Below, one piece after another: positions 10,701 to 21,508 of a stretch of 64,000 nucleotides of DNA. The translations under genes were made by a program, and so were the position numbers. Positions within the stretch are counted from its first letter, which is position 1, and the number at the start of each line of letters is the position of its first letter. The stretch is from IMG/VR virus record IMGVR_UViG_3300029712_000001; one strand, given 5' to 3'. A model generated the notes under the pieces. The model searched no databases. It had not been told where the DNA came from and saw nothing but the letters and a program-made list of their open reading frames with translations. This DNA is from a virus.

Positions 10701-13700
10701 TAGCCGTTTCTCCACCTATGTTAAGAGAATACCTTTTAGTACCATTAGCGTTCGTTTCAGAGCTTATTTGAATAGGAACCAATGATTTTATAGAAGATAT
10801 AAATTTATCGGCTCTAAGACCCGCAATTTCATACCTTTCGTTGCCATCGTTGGATATTCTTCTAACCATCAACGTCTCTGGATTTTGGGCACTATCTATG
10901 TTAGCTCCAGGCGTATTATCGGATTCATCTAACTCATTTACAAGAGAATCTATATTGATATCATCCTCCCCAAAATTACTTAACGTAGATTCGGAAATAC
11001 GACCTTTATCAATAATCCTGTTTTGTTCGATATAAGGAAGGAGATCTGTGATGTTTCCAACCTGGCCAAGATCTTCTATGGTAAATACAGAATCGGCAAG
11101 CTTATCTTCGTCAACCTTCTCCCCTTTATCCCGTCTGTTCATTATATCAACATACGAAGAAATAGCATCATCAAGTTCCTTCCTTTGATCTGGTTCCAAA
11201 TTGGATTTAGCCATATCAATAATAGCTTTATTATCCTCATACACAGATCGATGTTCAGTAAGTCTCCTAACTTTATCTGATAAATCTTTTATCATCTTAG
11301 CCGGACTATCACCAAGATTTGATATATAATCATCAATATCCTGTTTATACTTTTCATATATCTCCTTCTCCCTTGGAGATAAAAGATCTTGATTACCTGT
11401 ATATATCTTATCTACGATACGTTCTTTAACCTCTATAGGTGCAGACAAAAGATCTTCCATTGCCGACTCATAATCAAAATCAGACAATATATCTTCTTTC
11501 GGCTTCTGAGTTATACCATCGTTTAGATGACCAAATACTTTCATGGTAAATGCTTCATCTGAATTTATTTCTCCATTATTCAGAAGCTCATCTATTTTTT
11601 CATCCAAACTGATATTATTACCCTCTGTCTGGTAAAAACGATCACTTTCTATAGATTTAGTATTAGAAGATACCATATCATTTAAGAACTTAGAAAATAA
11701 AGAAAAATCATGTCTCATGAATTTCTTATCCTGTATGGAGTTCATAAATGACCGTAAAACCTTATATTGGGTAATGGCTTTCTGGTATTTCACCACCATA
11801 TTTCTTAAATCCTCTGCTTCTTTCTTCCCTTTATTATTCTCAATATAAGTACTTAAAGAAGCTACAGAGTCATAAGCTTTCAATATATCTTCAGCAGTTA
11901 TTGTTTCGGATTTAAACAACTCAAGAGCTAATACTTCAGGATTAAAAGAATAAAATACTTCTTTATAACTACTAAGAAGATCTTCTGACAACCTTCTATA
12001 TTCCTTATTAAGATTATCGTATTTAATAGTTTTTTGTTTTATAGCCTCTGCTTCGGTATCATTGCCATCCTCTACTCTTCTCGGAGTTGTAGCCAACCTC
12101 TCTATTTCAGCATTCAGATCATTGATCTCATTACGCAATTCCCTTAACTGATTAACTGTATCAAAAGCTTGACTTGATAATGAATAAAACGTATTTATAT
12201 CATCAAACAAATTATTGTCATTTACATAAACAGCAATATCATTTGATGCTTCCATTGCTATATCTTCTGCATCCAACCCCTTAAACACAGCATTAGCAAC
12301 ATTAGATCGATAAAGATCAGATGAAGTCTCAGCAGTAATAGCCTCAGCAAAAGAAGAAGCTTTTTTATAATTGGCTAACTTCTTATCAAAATCTTTTATA
12401 ATATCTTCCTTGTATTTTTTAACAGTTTCTTCATCTACTTTCATTTCAGAAGCCAACTCATTTTCGTCAAGGCTTTTAACCATTGACCTGAAATTGTTAG
12501 CCGTATCCTCTAACATTCCCATTCTGTCAGATAATTCAAATTTAGAATAATAATCTGATTCAGGATCATTCATTTGGGCATTAAATTCGGCTAAATTTCG
12601 CATAGAGTCTTTTACGGATTGAGAAGTAAAAGCATTATTACTATTAAATTCCTCAACATCAGTATTAATAGTACGCTCTTTATTTCTCCTTTCATATAAA
12701 CCAAAAGCACCATTTCTGGCTCCAAATAAACCACCAATCAGGGCTCCTATGCCAATCTCTTTCAATCCTTCTTTGGTTGTAAATTGTTCAGCTATGGCCT
12801 TAGAAAAAGAATCAACTATAGAAGACGTAGCATCAAGATACGTCTTATCATATCTTGATCTAATAAAATCTTCTCCCATGCGCTGAGCAACACCTTGCAT
12901 GCCTTCCTCCCATACACCTTCAGATATGGGTCTTTTAGATACATTCCAAATAGTAGCTAAGGATTTCTGAAATAAATTTGCTTTTACCGTCTGTAATCTT
13001 CCAGCATCACCCGCTACCTTCTTAGTCCCTAATCCAAACAAATAGCGATCTACAAAACTCTTTGATCCCCTATATGTGTTTGATACACCCTTTAATCCAG
13101 GTATGTATTTAGAAGCAAAACCAGTGTCTACTCCAAGATATTTTCCCAGAAGAAGATAATTGGATAATCCAACTATACCCATATTAGCTAAAAATATGCT
13201 GTTTGCCGTATCGGAAATAGAACTCTTAAATTCAGCCATCTCAGACTGATTAGGATTCCGACCATACATATTTTTAAAATATTCCTTGTATTTACTTTCA
13301 GAGTCTTTCATAAAGGACTGAGCCTCCACGGCAGACTCCCAGCCGGCGCCCACAAACGTATTTACTCCTACCTTGGCCATATTGCCTATGGCCCTGCCGT
13401 ACATCGCTCCTGCCCTATACGCTCCAAAAGCAGATTTTACAGCACTTGCCGCAATCTTAGACGCCGCCATCTTTCCGGCCACCCTCATCCCTACTTTAGC
13501 ACCAACAGCTCCAAGACTTGACACACCCATCCCACCTGTAAGGTAGGCAGACAAAATAGCTCCTGTCGTAAACGATAGACCATTTCCAATAACATCATTA
13601 AAAATAAAATTTGCAGTTCCAAGACTCTGCAAAAATCCCATATCACGTTCTTCTCTTGTATAATAATGAGGAAGAGAGTGGTTTATTCTTTCATCTATAT

Positions 13701-14436
13701 CATTTATGGTTCGTGTAAAATCATTGTCAAATGCAGAAGATAACGTACCAGTCTTTATAAGATTATACGCAGCCGGGATAATACCTACTACTCCTGATAC
13801 ACCATATAATGCTGTTTTTGTGACAAGCTTCCCTATGCCATTAACAGCCTTATTCCAAGTAGTTTGACTTCTTCCGTAATAATCTTCATTATCCCTTCCT
13901 GGCATATAACTTTTAAACTTTGCAAGACCGATGTTCCCATCGGATAAAAAGTCATATGCTTCATCTAACTTAATAGTTCTTCCTTTACCAAATACACCAA
14001 AATCAGCAGCAGATGACTGTTGATTACCAGCTATAACCTCACCATAAGACGTTTGTTTACCAGAATAAGTATTCCTTGATTTATCTTGAATAGATTTTAT
14101 CATGGAATTTAACTTATTATAAGACTCCTCTTTCTTCTTTCTTGGATCATCTCCACCATTCAGAGCCGATTTTAGTCCAGAAAAAGATGTGTCTACATCA
14201 AAAGAAGTATCTATTCCGCTAATATCATATCCTTTTTCTGAATCATCATCAGGATTTATGGCTGATACCGGGGGAGTATATGAACCTACTTTCATCCTCT
14301 CCATCTCTCTTTTTGCTCCCTCAATAAGAGAAGATTCTTCTTCATATCGCGTAGGAACTCCGGCATTATACCCTCTCAATCCAGTAGATGGTAAGAAACC
14401 TGATTTCTCTACCAATGTCTGTTCCTTATTTTCCAT
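7717..14436 (-). CDS. giant internal-virion / ejection-type protein (2239 aa) with an N-terminal Gly/Ala-zipper membrane region
   Basis: 6.7-kb uninterrupted ORF with ATG at 14436. Residues about 200-430 are rich in small-residue hydrophobic segments (GVSGVVGIIPAAY, GGMGVSSLGAVGAKVGMRVAG...). An acidic low-complexity tract and a PAPLAQPAPAAQ linker are also present. Confidence 0.7.
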   Translation of the reverse strand: MENKEQTLVEKSGFLPSTGLRGYNAGVPTRYEEESSLIEGAKREMERMKVGSYTPPVSAINPDDDSEKGYDISGIDTSFDVDTSFSGLKSALNGGDDPRKKKEESYNKLNSMIKSIQDKSRNTYSGKQTSYGEVIAGNQQSSAADFGVFGKGRTIKLDEAYDFLSDGNIGLAKFKSYMPGRDNEDYYGRSQTTWNKAVNGIGKLVTKTALYGVSGVVGIIPAAYNLIKTGTLSSAFDNDFTRTINDIDERINHSLPHYYTREERDMGFLQSLGTANFIFNDVIGNGLSFTTGAILSAYLTGGMGVSSLGAVGAKVGMRVAGKMAASKIAASAVKSAFGAYRAGAMYGRAIGNMAKVGVNTFVGAGWESAVEAQSFMKDSESKYKEYFKNMYGRNPNQSEMAEFKSSISDTANSIFLANMGIVGLSNYLLLGKYLGVDTGFASKYIPGLKGVSNTYRGSKSFVDRYLFGLGTKKVAGDAGRLQTVKANLFQKSLATIWNVSKRPISEGVWEEGMQGVAQRMGEDFIRSRYDKTYLDATSSIVDSFSKAIAEQFTTKEGLKEIGIGALIGGLFGARNGAFGLYERRNKERTINTDVEEFNSNNAFTSQSVKDSMRNLAEFNAQMNDPESDYYSKFELSDRMGMLEDTANNFRSMVKSLDENELASEMKVDEETVKKYKEDIIKDFDKKLANYKKASSFAEAITAETSSDLYRSNVANAVFKGLDAEDIAMEASNDIAVYVNDNNLFDDINTFYSLSSQAFDTVNQLRELRNEINDLNAEIERLATTPRRVEDGNDTEAEAIKQKTIKYDNLNKEYRRLSEDLLSSYKEVFYSFNPEVLALELFKSETITAEDILKAYDSVASLSTYIENNKGKKEAEDLRNMVVKYQKAITQYKVLRSFMNSIQDKKFMRHDFSLFSKFLNDMVSSNTKSIESDRFYQTEGNNISLDEKIDELLNNGEINSDEAFTMKVFGHLNDGITQKPKEDILSDFDYESAMEDLLSAPIEVKERIVDKIYTGNQDLLSPREKEIYEKYKQDIDDYISNLGDSPAKMIKDLSDKVRRLTEHRSVYEDNKAIIDMAKSNLEPDQRKELDDAISSYVDIMNRRDKGEKVDEDKLADSVFTIEDLGQVGNITDLLPYIEQNRIIDKGRISESTLSNFGEDDINIDSLVNELDESDNTPGANIDSAQNPETLMVRRISNDGNERYEIAGLRADKFISSIKSLVPIQISSETNANGTKRYSLNIGGETATIIELPYHARWSIDKESARVLNRYTDVSIQDVGNSYSLVYKRLDSDELVPYRTGVGFGENEVDKIDQEALSSLKKGDKVNLEIDVNDTYNQSLFAEYNDAVQSGDKKRIESAENKLVSNMVIKVMSGNRFVSVVKADTGGIDGISKIRRTAFNKWKKDAGRSATIGVGTHVVAQTLPGRPVFNMKVNGQGYGQIENLPITEKGAEKVSDVGYVLNGKVVLKNGSKYTGFPFAYSILNDKGNNYKNVRVPVVVIKGKNGLNYLFPVSLRSVESEEGQKWMSFIDMLLESGDSELLQMGQDDIQDLNAYLTKLGLDPASYQVSYLNPISGLRKAREAIEKLSTVPDVVKWVEDESRNVKDIVTSEVESGIDFEGEMFVAPKIRIQFGKSSSRPKSLIEDDLPFSDEGKTVTSKVEDVEVYEEEMPEEGAARETQPAPLAQPAPAAQATQSLPGKKRTSRKNFSLMLNEIESHIEKEGLPSYANIFDFIARKIVGGDLRFLRERGNPKSLKEEMGLEPKGTVGDKISTPSSKGGKILEEYVSWLRSQTDQVVVDYVGPRSDEQIISELKNFLKYINFVPSKALNYSLRVNGMDTLKEYGTKEEVEKMESDINSLVSKVLPTVDNQTIEDVSTAIKSNNLPAIWEPVESLDMTNEEKIEFLNNVADFLSGIPEYDAVVESIESESDNILNDGKEGSAEGGAVRTEEDGDKKGDGEGKGQSRTNVEVKGNIELPGYEEGRVDNYRKNGDKFSDIAEVTLWLLRRAAGITSIPEGEEVYVEGDEVNSIMTDMESRYGIDTINHSHTTKAIRDLNGVSGYKVEYGLTFLTYDPFIRISNPREEYKAAKDEPRISEEPLTHISRVTTPYFLYGGDEAYTSVPAKVEPIPEKIMGRNGIKFGMSVVELTKLGYKKAGGNWIYKFYMNSGVYDLYNISTGEAFRAKPDLGVKISSSAFIRSLSQSGRKIQNMMSNMSQEEIDRNKNLVEGSDNSDSINELNKEC

Positions 14437-14439
14437 ATA

Positions 14440-17400
14440 TTATTCCCTATTTACACTATTCAACAACTTCATCAACTTGCCGTTTTTATTCAAAGACGTA
14501 GGCAAATTACCTCCTTCTTTTGCTGCCACCATATCCTTAATCTCTTCTGTTATGGCTGCCACAACAAAATCAACTATTTTTTTCTGAGGCGCAACAGCAA
14601 GTTCTTTAGACACATTATCCGCAAACCATACATTAGGAGTATCAAACGAATCTATTAACTCAGGTTTACCATTCTCCATAAGATAAAGCCTTGTCTCATA
14701 TCCATAACCGTAACTTGTCTTAGGATCATAACCTTCAACCTTTACACCAAGCTTTCCACTGTTATCCAATATATCTTTAGCTGCATTAAGAAGCCAAACC
14801 TTTTGTTCTGGCATATCATCTAAATTATTACCAGATTCATTTATCATATCCGATAACACTTTCATCATTGAAGATACAGAAGCATAAGCGGGTGATATAT
14901 CTGAATTTTCAAGCATCTTCGGATACCACATATTGGTATCACTTCCAAATGTAGGTCTTATAATACCACTTTCATATCCACCTATATCGACGGAAGGAGT
15001 ATTAATACCAGGATCTATGCCATTATTTATCAACTCTGTTTCAGATACCTCAACAATATCTATTTCCTCTCTTTCACCAGTATGATTAGCAACCAAACTG
15101 TAAGTCTTCTCTCCATTGTCGGCTATTCCCGATTCTGTCAAAGAAAATGATTCAATAGTTGCCGATGATGATTTCGATTTACCAACAGGATACTCTGCCA
15201 TTTTCTTAGTAAATAGATCCCTGAGAACCCCCATCTCTCTATAACCAGCCTCCTTGGAGGTTAATTTGGTTGAATACGTTACTGTGTTAGGTGAATACAG
15301 TTCGAGATATTCTTTACGTATCTCATTTATACCATCATCTTGAACCTTAGTTATTTGATCAGCTATATTAATATCACTTACTGCATAGTTTCCAACGCCC
15401 TCCATTCCACTAATAGAATACAGTGCATTAAAAAACACCTTTTCTTCACCATCCGAGAAACTATTTTTTACATCATCGTATTTTTTTAAGAAATACCTGC
15501 CACTTTTGCTATCCCTCTCAAATACTTTAGATAAATCAATGCCATCATTTTTCACCCTCTTTCTTATAGTAGCTATATCAGCAGGCGAGAATCCTTTTTC
15601 ATAATATCTTACTCCAGATTCTACATCGCCGACTGTACCTCTATTTTTTCTTAAAATATCATTAAGGGATAACGCTGTAGCATAGGCTATATATTCTTCG
15701 GGTTTACCTCCTTCCTTCTGCGCGATCGCATTTGCTATTTCAGATACAATATTATCATAAATCTTATTCTCCTTCTTAATTCTATCATTCTCTATATCCA
15801 TCTTGTCTACAGCGCTATTAAGCTGCATATAAGCATCTGTGGCAGCTTTTCTCTCTGCCATAGGTAGCTTATCAAACATATCATTAGAAAGACCTCCATT
15901 GTCCTTTATATACTTAAGAAGTTTTTCTTCATCCATAAGATACTTGTATCCTGATGTTTCATCCGTCATATTTCTTGATATGGCAGCTTGAATATTTTTC
16001 ATGTTTTCAGCACCAAGGGCCGTAGATAGTCTACTTCCGGATGTTACAAGATCTGTATATGCCTTATTAAACTTCTTATGAGTTTCTTCTGATATGCTAA
16101 TATTTTTAGTTTCGATAGGATTAGCTGAAATAGTTCCACCAGAGTTTGTGCCAACGCCCACCTGCATGGCTCGGCTTCCAGCTCTGCCGCCTGCCGCTCC
16201 TGCACCAGAGGACATAAGTTTTGCTATTCTGGCTTCATTAAGCCTATTCTGCATCTTCAGACGTTCTTCGTCTAATCCAAATCTGGCTTCATCCTTATTC
16301 TTACCATATTCAAACTCTGCAATATCCCTATTTCTTTCATATTCAAATTCTATCTTCCATTTTTCGAAATTCAAATTAGCTAATCTTTCCCTCTGATTAT
16401 ATTCTTTGGTTTTCCAGTAAAGCTCGTCGGCTTTGATTATGAAAGACGAATTATCATAAGCATATGAAGCAGCAGCATTATTAATAAAATTATTTTCAAT
16501 AACCTTCATCGCTCCAAGATACGGATCGTAAGTCCTTTCATCCATTCTGCTAAATTCAGATTTCATGGAAGCTATTTCAGATTTGGCTCTCTTTATTTCA
16601 TTTTCAACCATTTCTTTCTTTGCAGGATCAGAACCCAAACCGGAAAGATCGGCAGTAAGAGCATCAACATACCTCTGCTTATCACTTATCTGCTTATTCA
16701 TAAAACCAAGAACAGAATCATACGAATATAAAGAGGGATTAGAGTCTACCATGTAAATAGCCTCCACCTGCATCTGCTGCCTTGCTTTATCTGATAACCC
16801 TGACAATGCGAAAGAAGCTATCTGTTCAGGAGTAAGCATATCCTTAGTTACTTCTTGTACTGCCCCGGTAGGATGACCATCCTTGTCAAGAATAGGAATC
16901 TGAACTTTAGCTCCTTTATGAAGCTTGCTTATAAAATCTATCCTATCTTTTAATTCCTTATTATAATCAGTATAAGGAGTATATTGAAGAGGAGCAAGAC
17001 GGGAACCAGCCTTTCCATCATTCACCCATTCATTATACGGCTTTAAAGCCGCATAAGCATTCGCAGCAGAATAAAGTTCTGGATTATTTATTTGTAAATC
17101 AGATAGCATTTTATGCATTCTCCTGCCTTCTTTTGTGCCGGCAATCGCGTTAATGACCGTATCATCCAACACTGAACTGATCTCTCCTTGTATAGCTCTC
17201 GTAACACCATCAGAAGAAAGATCCACGCCTTTGAATTTTTGATTGATGTTAGCAATCACACCTGACATCTTATCTTCCATATAAGCGCGGGCTTCAGGCT
17301 TATCTATCTCTTGACCCATAAGATAATCTACCTGGGTATAGATCTTTTCACGAGCAGCATCAACCTTCTGCTGTTTGTACATCATGACGTCCTTAACAAG

Positions 17401-17463
17401 ATCTATGTTGTAAGGACTAACATACGGGGCATATTGCCTTAAAATACTATACTGTGAAGCCAC
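14440..17463 (-). CDS. large internal-virion-type protein (1007 aa), GTG start
   Basis: Uninterrupted ORF. Its GTG start overlaps the TAG of the upstream gene by 1 nt (TAGTG). Confidence 0.7.
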   Translation of the reverse strand: MASQYSILRQYAPYVSPYNIDLVKDVMMYKQQKVDAAREKIYTQVDYLMGQEIDKPEARAYMEDKMSGVIANINQKFKGVDLSSDGVTRAIQGEISSVLDDTVINAIAGTKEGRRMHKMLSDLQINNPELYSAANAYAALKPYNEWVNDGKAGSRLAPLQYTPYTDYNKELKDRIDFISKLHKGAKVQIPILDKDGHPTGAVQEVTKDMLTPEQIASFALSGLSDKARQQMQVEAIYMVDSNPSLYSYDSVLGFMNKQISDKQRYVDALTADLSGLGSDPAKKEMVENEIKRAKSEIASMKSEFSRMDERTYDPYLGAMKVIENNFINNAAASYAYDNSSFIIKADELYWKTKEYNQRERLANLNFEKWKIEFEYERNRDIAEFEYGKNKDEARFGLDEERLKMQNRLNEARIAKLMSSGAGAAGGRAGSRAMQVGVGTNSGGTISANPIETKNISISEETHKKFNKAYTDLVTSGSRLSTALGAENMKNIQAAISRNMTDETSGYKYLMDEEKLLKYIKDNGGLSNDMFDKLPMAERKAATDAYMQLNSAVDKMDIENDRIKKENKIYDNIVSEIANAIAQKEGGKPEEYIAYATALSLNDILRKNRGTVGDVESGVRYYEKGFSPADIATIRKRVKNDGIDLSKVFERDSKSGRYFLKKYDDVKNSFSDGEEKVFFNALYSISGMEGVGNYAVSDINIADQITKVQDDGINEIRKEYLELYSPNTVTYSTKLTSKEAGYREMGVLRDLFTKKMAEYPVGKSKSSSATIESFSLTESGIADNGEKTYSLVANHTGEREEIDIVEVSETELINNGIDPGINTPSVDIGGYESGIIRPTFGSDTNMWYPKMLENSDISPAYASVSSMMKVLSDMINESGNNLDDMPEQKVWLLNAAKDILDNSGKLGVKVEGYDPKTSYGYGYETRLYLMENGKPELIDSFDTPNVWFADNVSKELAVAPQKKIVDFVVAAITEEIKDMVAAKEGGNLPTSLNKNGKLMKLLNSVNRE

Positions 17464-20375
17464 TATTTGGTCCTCCTTCTTCTTTTATTTTCGTCATCTT
17501 CTTCATTTAAACTTCTCAAGTAAGGTGTAGAATAATCACCCATATTCATCACATCCTGATTACCTTGAACGTAAATAATTTGGCCACTTGGAAGCATTCT
17601 CATATTCGGAGCTATGGAAGCTATGGTATTCAACGATGTACGAACATTGAACTTATTCTGTATTTCGCTGTTTATGCTATCATAATAACGAGCAAGATTT
17701 TCATCCCTTATAGCCATAGCCTTCAATAACCCAGATTCATAACGTTGCCTTTCCGCTATGTTCTTATCGTCTGTCTGAACATAAGCCATTTCATTGAATC
17801 TATCAGCTTCGTTTATTTGCCTTGCGTTATTGAAATTTACTTCGTTAATGTACTTGGCTATATTGCTTCCGGCTATGGCGTTCATATTAGCCAGAATAGC
17901 AGAGCGCTGGGAGTCGGGCACGTCACCTACTGCGTCCAACTGAGCCGATGTCGCGCGGTTGAGCTCGTTGATATACTGATCAGCAGATTGCAGAACCGGA
18001 TCTATTCTCGGAGCCTGATGCCTTTCCAATCCCTCTATCTCCAAGCCTGTATCGAGCGTTCTCAGCATCTCCGGGAAGATAGGACCGAACGCCGCCGGTC
18101 TGCCCTGTCCTTTAGGTCCGTTGTCTTCAACCACCTCCTCTGTATCGGTGTCGGTTGCAGTCGTAGGCGTACTCGCTTTCGGTTTTACCTCTATCCTTCC
18201 AGGAGATCCAATCTTAGGCGGTGTAAGGCCTGGTGCTATGGGACCGGCCTCAATAGGCTTCATTTCTGGTTTAACAGACTCAAGAACGAAGTCTATTTCC
18301 GGCATTAACCCACTATCTCTTAAAGCAACAAACTTATTATAATCGGAGCCCAGAATCTTCTTAGCGGCATCAGATTTATCACCAAATAAGTCAACATAAT
18401 TCTTTATTCCTTTTTCGTTTAACAATCTTTTTTGCTCTGCCGAAACAACGTCCAACCCATAATAAGAACGAGTAGCTGTTGTCTGACCAAACTTATCATC
18501 TACGGCAAATGAATTATAAGCCTGATTCCCTCCGTAGCTTCCGGCGTCCTGGCCCCAGAATCCGTATTCATCTCTGAATTTCTTGGCTGCATCAGCATTC
18601 GTAATAGCGCCTACATCAGCTAACGCCCACAATGCATTTAATTGCCTGTTGTATCCTTTCTGGAAACCTTCTGTATCAAAATCACCATCCGTATTGTACT
18701 TGTTAGCCCATCGGTTTACGTCGAGCAAATTAGATACCGCCTTATCATTTACCCTGCCGTATCCTAAATTGCTTCTATGTTGGAGATTCTGGTTGGCATT
18801 GACACTGGAATCAGGATTAAGAATCTGCTCACGACCACTAACATCAGATACAGTCATATTAAGAGTTCGTCCAAATAACTGATTGATAAGCTTATTGTAG
18901 CCGATAGCATTCTTTCTAAGCTCCTCCAGCTCCTTCTGAGTAGGTCCACCTTCAGCCATTTTTCTGGTTTGCTTAACATACTCGTCATATATCCAGTTCT
19001 TAGCATCTGATTCTGCAATATTAAAAGCCTTAGCTTGTTTCTTTACCTGATTCAGATCAACAACCCCGCCATCCCTGAAAAAAGCATCCATCTTCTCGTT
19101 ACGCTTAGATTCTTCCTGTTTGCCATAAACGATTTCAGCGAAAGAACGAAATTGTGCTTCAAGCTCGTCTATCTCTTTCTGGTTTTCATTGACGTACTTG
19201 GAAAGAATAGAAGCATTAAGATTAGATGTGTTTTTGTCTTTTACATCTTCATTTTTCTCTAATCTCTTATATACACGCTCCTGATCTTCGTACTTATCAG
19301 ACAAACCAATCTTCTTCTTATATCGATCAAGGAGTGTAGCGTATGTATCTTTTGACGTTGCCTTAATACCATAATTTTCTCTAACGTAAGAGGCAAACTC
19401 ATCATCTATCTTACGATAATCGGAAACAATATAAGCCTCTGGCAAATCAACCGGAGTGCCACCATTTTCATGTCTGTTCCCTTTGGCTTCCATAGGCCCT
19501 ACGGAGTCAGGAGTCAGCACGTACTCGCCTTTCTCTATCTCTACATTCGCAGCATCTTCCATAGACTTGGGAAGAGGATAAATATATTCGCCGGTCATAT
19601 CAGACGTATCTATCTTCTGACCGTTACCTAAATTCACGCCACCACCTTCACGTTCCCACTTGATGAATTGCTGCCGGCGCTCCTTGGCAAGTTTTTCCCT
19701 CGCTGCCTGCTCGTCTCTGCTGGCTGCATACGCAGCAGATGAAGCTCCCATGATATTACGGGTAAGACCTAATCCTAAACTAACACCAGACAAGGTAGCT
19801 TGAGCCACATTAGCACCGACCTTATTACCGGCTCTTATCCGGCCAAGACTTGTACCGAACATTTGAGCTCTGCCGGTTAGATCGGGTGAATAATATGGGG
19901 TAGTCATAGGATCAAGAGGATTACCATCTTGGGAACGTTTTTCTTTAGAGGAATCAGCATCAACACCACCTACATTCATTGCATTATCAACGACTGATTT
20001 CTCTACGTTTTTAACCATACCCCTATTATCAGCGAGATATCCTGCATATCCTGCATCATGATTTTCAAAAAACGGATCGGATGTAGGCATACTACTAAAT
20101 GGATTTATCTCCCCCTCCTCTGTTTCTAAAATCACATCAGAAGGCATATATATATTCTGAATATCAGATTCACCCCATTTATTAACAGGCGTTCCATAAT
20201 CAAGAATAGGCTGAGTAGAGGATACATTAATATCCTGTTTCTTATCCTGAACACTACCGCCAGGAGCGAATATCGGACGATTTTTTATGATTCGTAATTT
20301 CATACTATCTTTTTTCACAAAGATAAGAGAAACGAACGAGAAAATCCAACGGAATCGAATCCATTTAAAAATCAA
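17463..20375 (-). CDS. large internal-virion-type protein (970 aa by the ORF track; 946 aa from the likely start at 20303)
   Basis: Uninterrupted ORF. The ATG at 20303 (MKLRIIKNRPIF) is a more plausible start than 20375. Confidence 0.7.
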   Translation of the reverse strand: MIFKWIRFRWIFSFVSLIFVKKDSMKLRIIKNRPIFAPGGSVQDKKQDINVSSTQPILDYGTPVNKWGESDIQNIYMPSDVILETEEGEINPFSSMPTSDPFFENHDAGYAGYLADNRGMVKNVEKSVVDNAMNVGGVDADSSKEKRSQDGNPLDPMTTPYYSPDLTGRAQMFGTSLGRIRAGNKVGANVAQATLSGVSLGLGLTRNIMGASSAAYAASRDEQAAREKLAKERRQQFIKWEREGGGVNLGNGQKIDTSDMTGEYIYPLPKSMEDAANVEIEKGEYVLTPDSVGPMEAKGNRHENGGTPVDLPEAYIVSDYRKIDDEFASYVRENYGIKATSKDTYATLLDRYKKKIGLSDKYEDQERVYKRLEKNEDVKDKNTSNLNASILSKYVNENQKEIDELEAQFRSFAEIVYGKQEESKRNEKMDAFFRDGGVVDLNQVKKQAKAFNIAESDAKNWIYDEYVKQTRKMAEGGPTQKELEELRKNAIGYNKLINQLFGRTLNMTVSDVSGREQILNPDSSVNANQNLQHRSNLGYGRVNDKAVSNLLDVNRWANKYNTDGDFDTEGFQKGYNRQLNALWALADVGAITNADAAKKFRDEYGFWGQDAGSYGGNQAYNSFAVDDKFGQTTATRSYYGLDVVSAEQKRLLNEKGIKNYVDLFGDKSDAAKKILGSDYNKFVALRDSGLMPEIDFVLESVKPEMKPIEAGPIAPGLTPPKIGSPGRIEVKPKASTPTTATDTDTEEVVEDNGPKGQGRPAAFGPIFPEMLRTLDTGLEIEGLERHQAPRIDPVLQSADQYINELNRATSAQLDAVGDVPDSQRSAILANMNAIAGSNIAKYINEVNFNNARQINEADRFNEMAYVQTDDKNIAERQRYESGLLKAMAIRDENLARYYDSINSEIQNKFNVRTSLNTIASIAPNMRMLPSGQIIYVQGNQDVMNMGDYSTPYLRSLNEEDDENKRRRRTK

Positions 20376-21508
20376 GATGGTAGAGGTGGAGCCTCTTTGG
20401 TTATAGGAGCGTTGACAGCCTTTTCTTTCTTCTTGTACAACTTGAGAACTTTCCTGTATATAGATAACACAACCGGGCTCTGGATTTTCTTCATAGCCTT
20501 AGCAATAACATCTGATGATAAGACAGACATCACCACCGCATTGAGGAACGAACGAACAGAATTGTATTTCCCATCAAATCGCTTTAATAACCTAATCCTA
20601 AATGATCTATAGAGATAAGAATCAGACAATTCCTTGAGACCGTTATTCTTGAGCCTTCTATTTAAAAATGCAACAGCTTTCTCCGAGAAGCACATTCGAT
20701 TTTTACCTTGTTTATCTGTTACATGTGAAAACCAGGACCATGCCGTGCTTGGGTGTTTGGCAATCCTATCAGCAAAGCTATCCAATATGTTGGTTCTGAG
20801 ATCTCTTTTATGAGCATGGCAAGCGGCTATCTTCTCATTTCTACTAAGAGCTCCATTAAGACATCTAAATGTGGTACGTTCTTTTCCAATGAAATATTCA
20901 GGATGCTCTTCTGCGAATTGAGCCCTAAAAGACTGATATCCACCCTTTCTCATCAAGTCTATCTGAGACCTAACATAAAACCTAACACACTTTTCTTCAG
21001 CTTCTTGAACTTTCTTGCTACGAGGATTACAAAGACGACCAAAACGACGGTAGTCATAAACCATAGCCTCTACAAAATCATTGTACGGGAAATAACGACC
21101 AAATCCGTAGTTCCAGACCATGAAGCAACGCACACGATCCTTCCAGTAGTCGGTGATGACAAAGTATTTACCAACCCTTTGTTTCTCATCAACTTTGTAC
21201 CACCTATCAAATCTCCCGTTATAAAATAGATTAAAATACTTTAAATTGCCTAAACATTGACCGGCTGGTCTGCGTACTACATTATAGCCTAACTGATTGT
21301 GATTATTATAGATAACCTCAAGGGGTGAAACCGCCTCCTTTTTAAGGAGTGATTTGTGAAGCTTGTCGCAATATGTCATTTCTACTATCTTTGCCATTGT
21401 TTGTTTGTTTTGTGCAAATATACGAAAAGTATTCATACTGACGGTAAAGAAATTGCACGACCCTGTATCCGGTTTGAGAAAAATAGGATACAGGGATTTT
21501 TGTTTCAT
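20372..21508 (-). CDS. basic hypothetical protein (378 aa; possible internal start at 21397)
   Basis: ORF track. A TATATTTG box (21422..21415, minus strand) lies just upstream of the internal ATG at 21397 (MAKIVEMTYCDKL). Confidence 0.55.
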   Translation of the reverse strand: MKQKSLYPIFLKPDTGSCNFFTVSMNTFRIFAQNKQTMAKIVEMTYCDKLHKSLLKKEAVSPLEVIYNNHNQLGYNVVRRPAGQCLGNLKYFNLFYNGRFDRWYKVDEKQRVGKYFVITDYWKDRVRCFMVWNYGFGRYFPYNDFVEAMVYDYRRFGRLCNPRSKKVQEAEEKCVRFYVRSQIDLMRKGGYQSFRAQFAEEHPEYFIGKERTTFRCLNGALSRNEKIAACHAHKRDLRTNILDSFADRIAKHPSTAWSWFSHVTDKQGKNRMCFSEKAVAFLNRRLKNNGLKELSDSYLYRSFRIRLLKRFDGKYNSVRSFLNAVVMSVLSSDVIAKAMKKIQSPVVLSIYRKVLKLYKKKEKAVNAPITKEAPPLPS

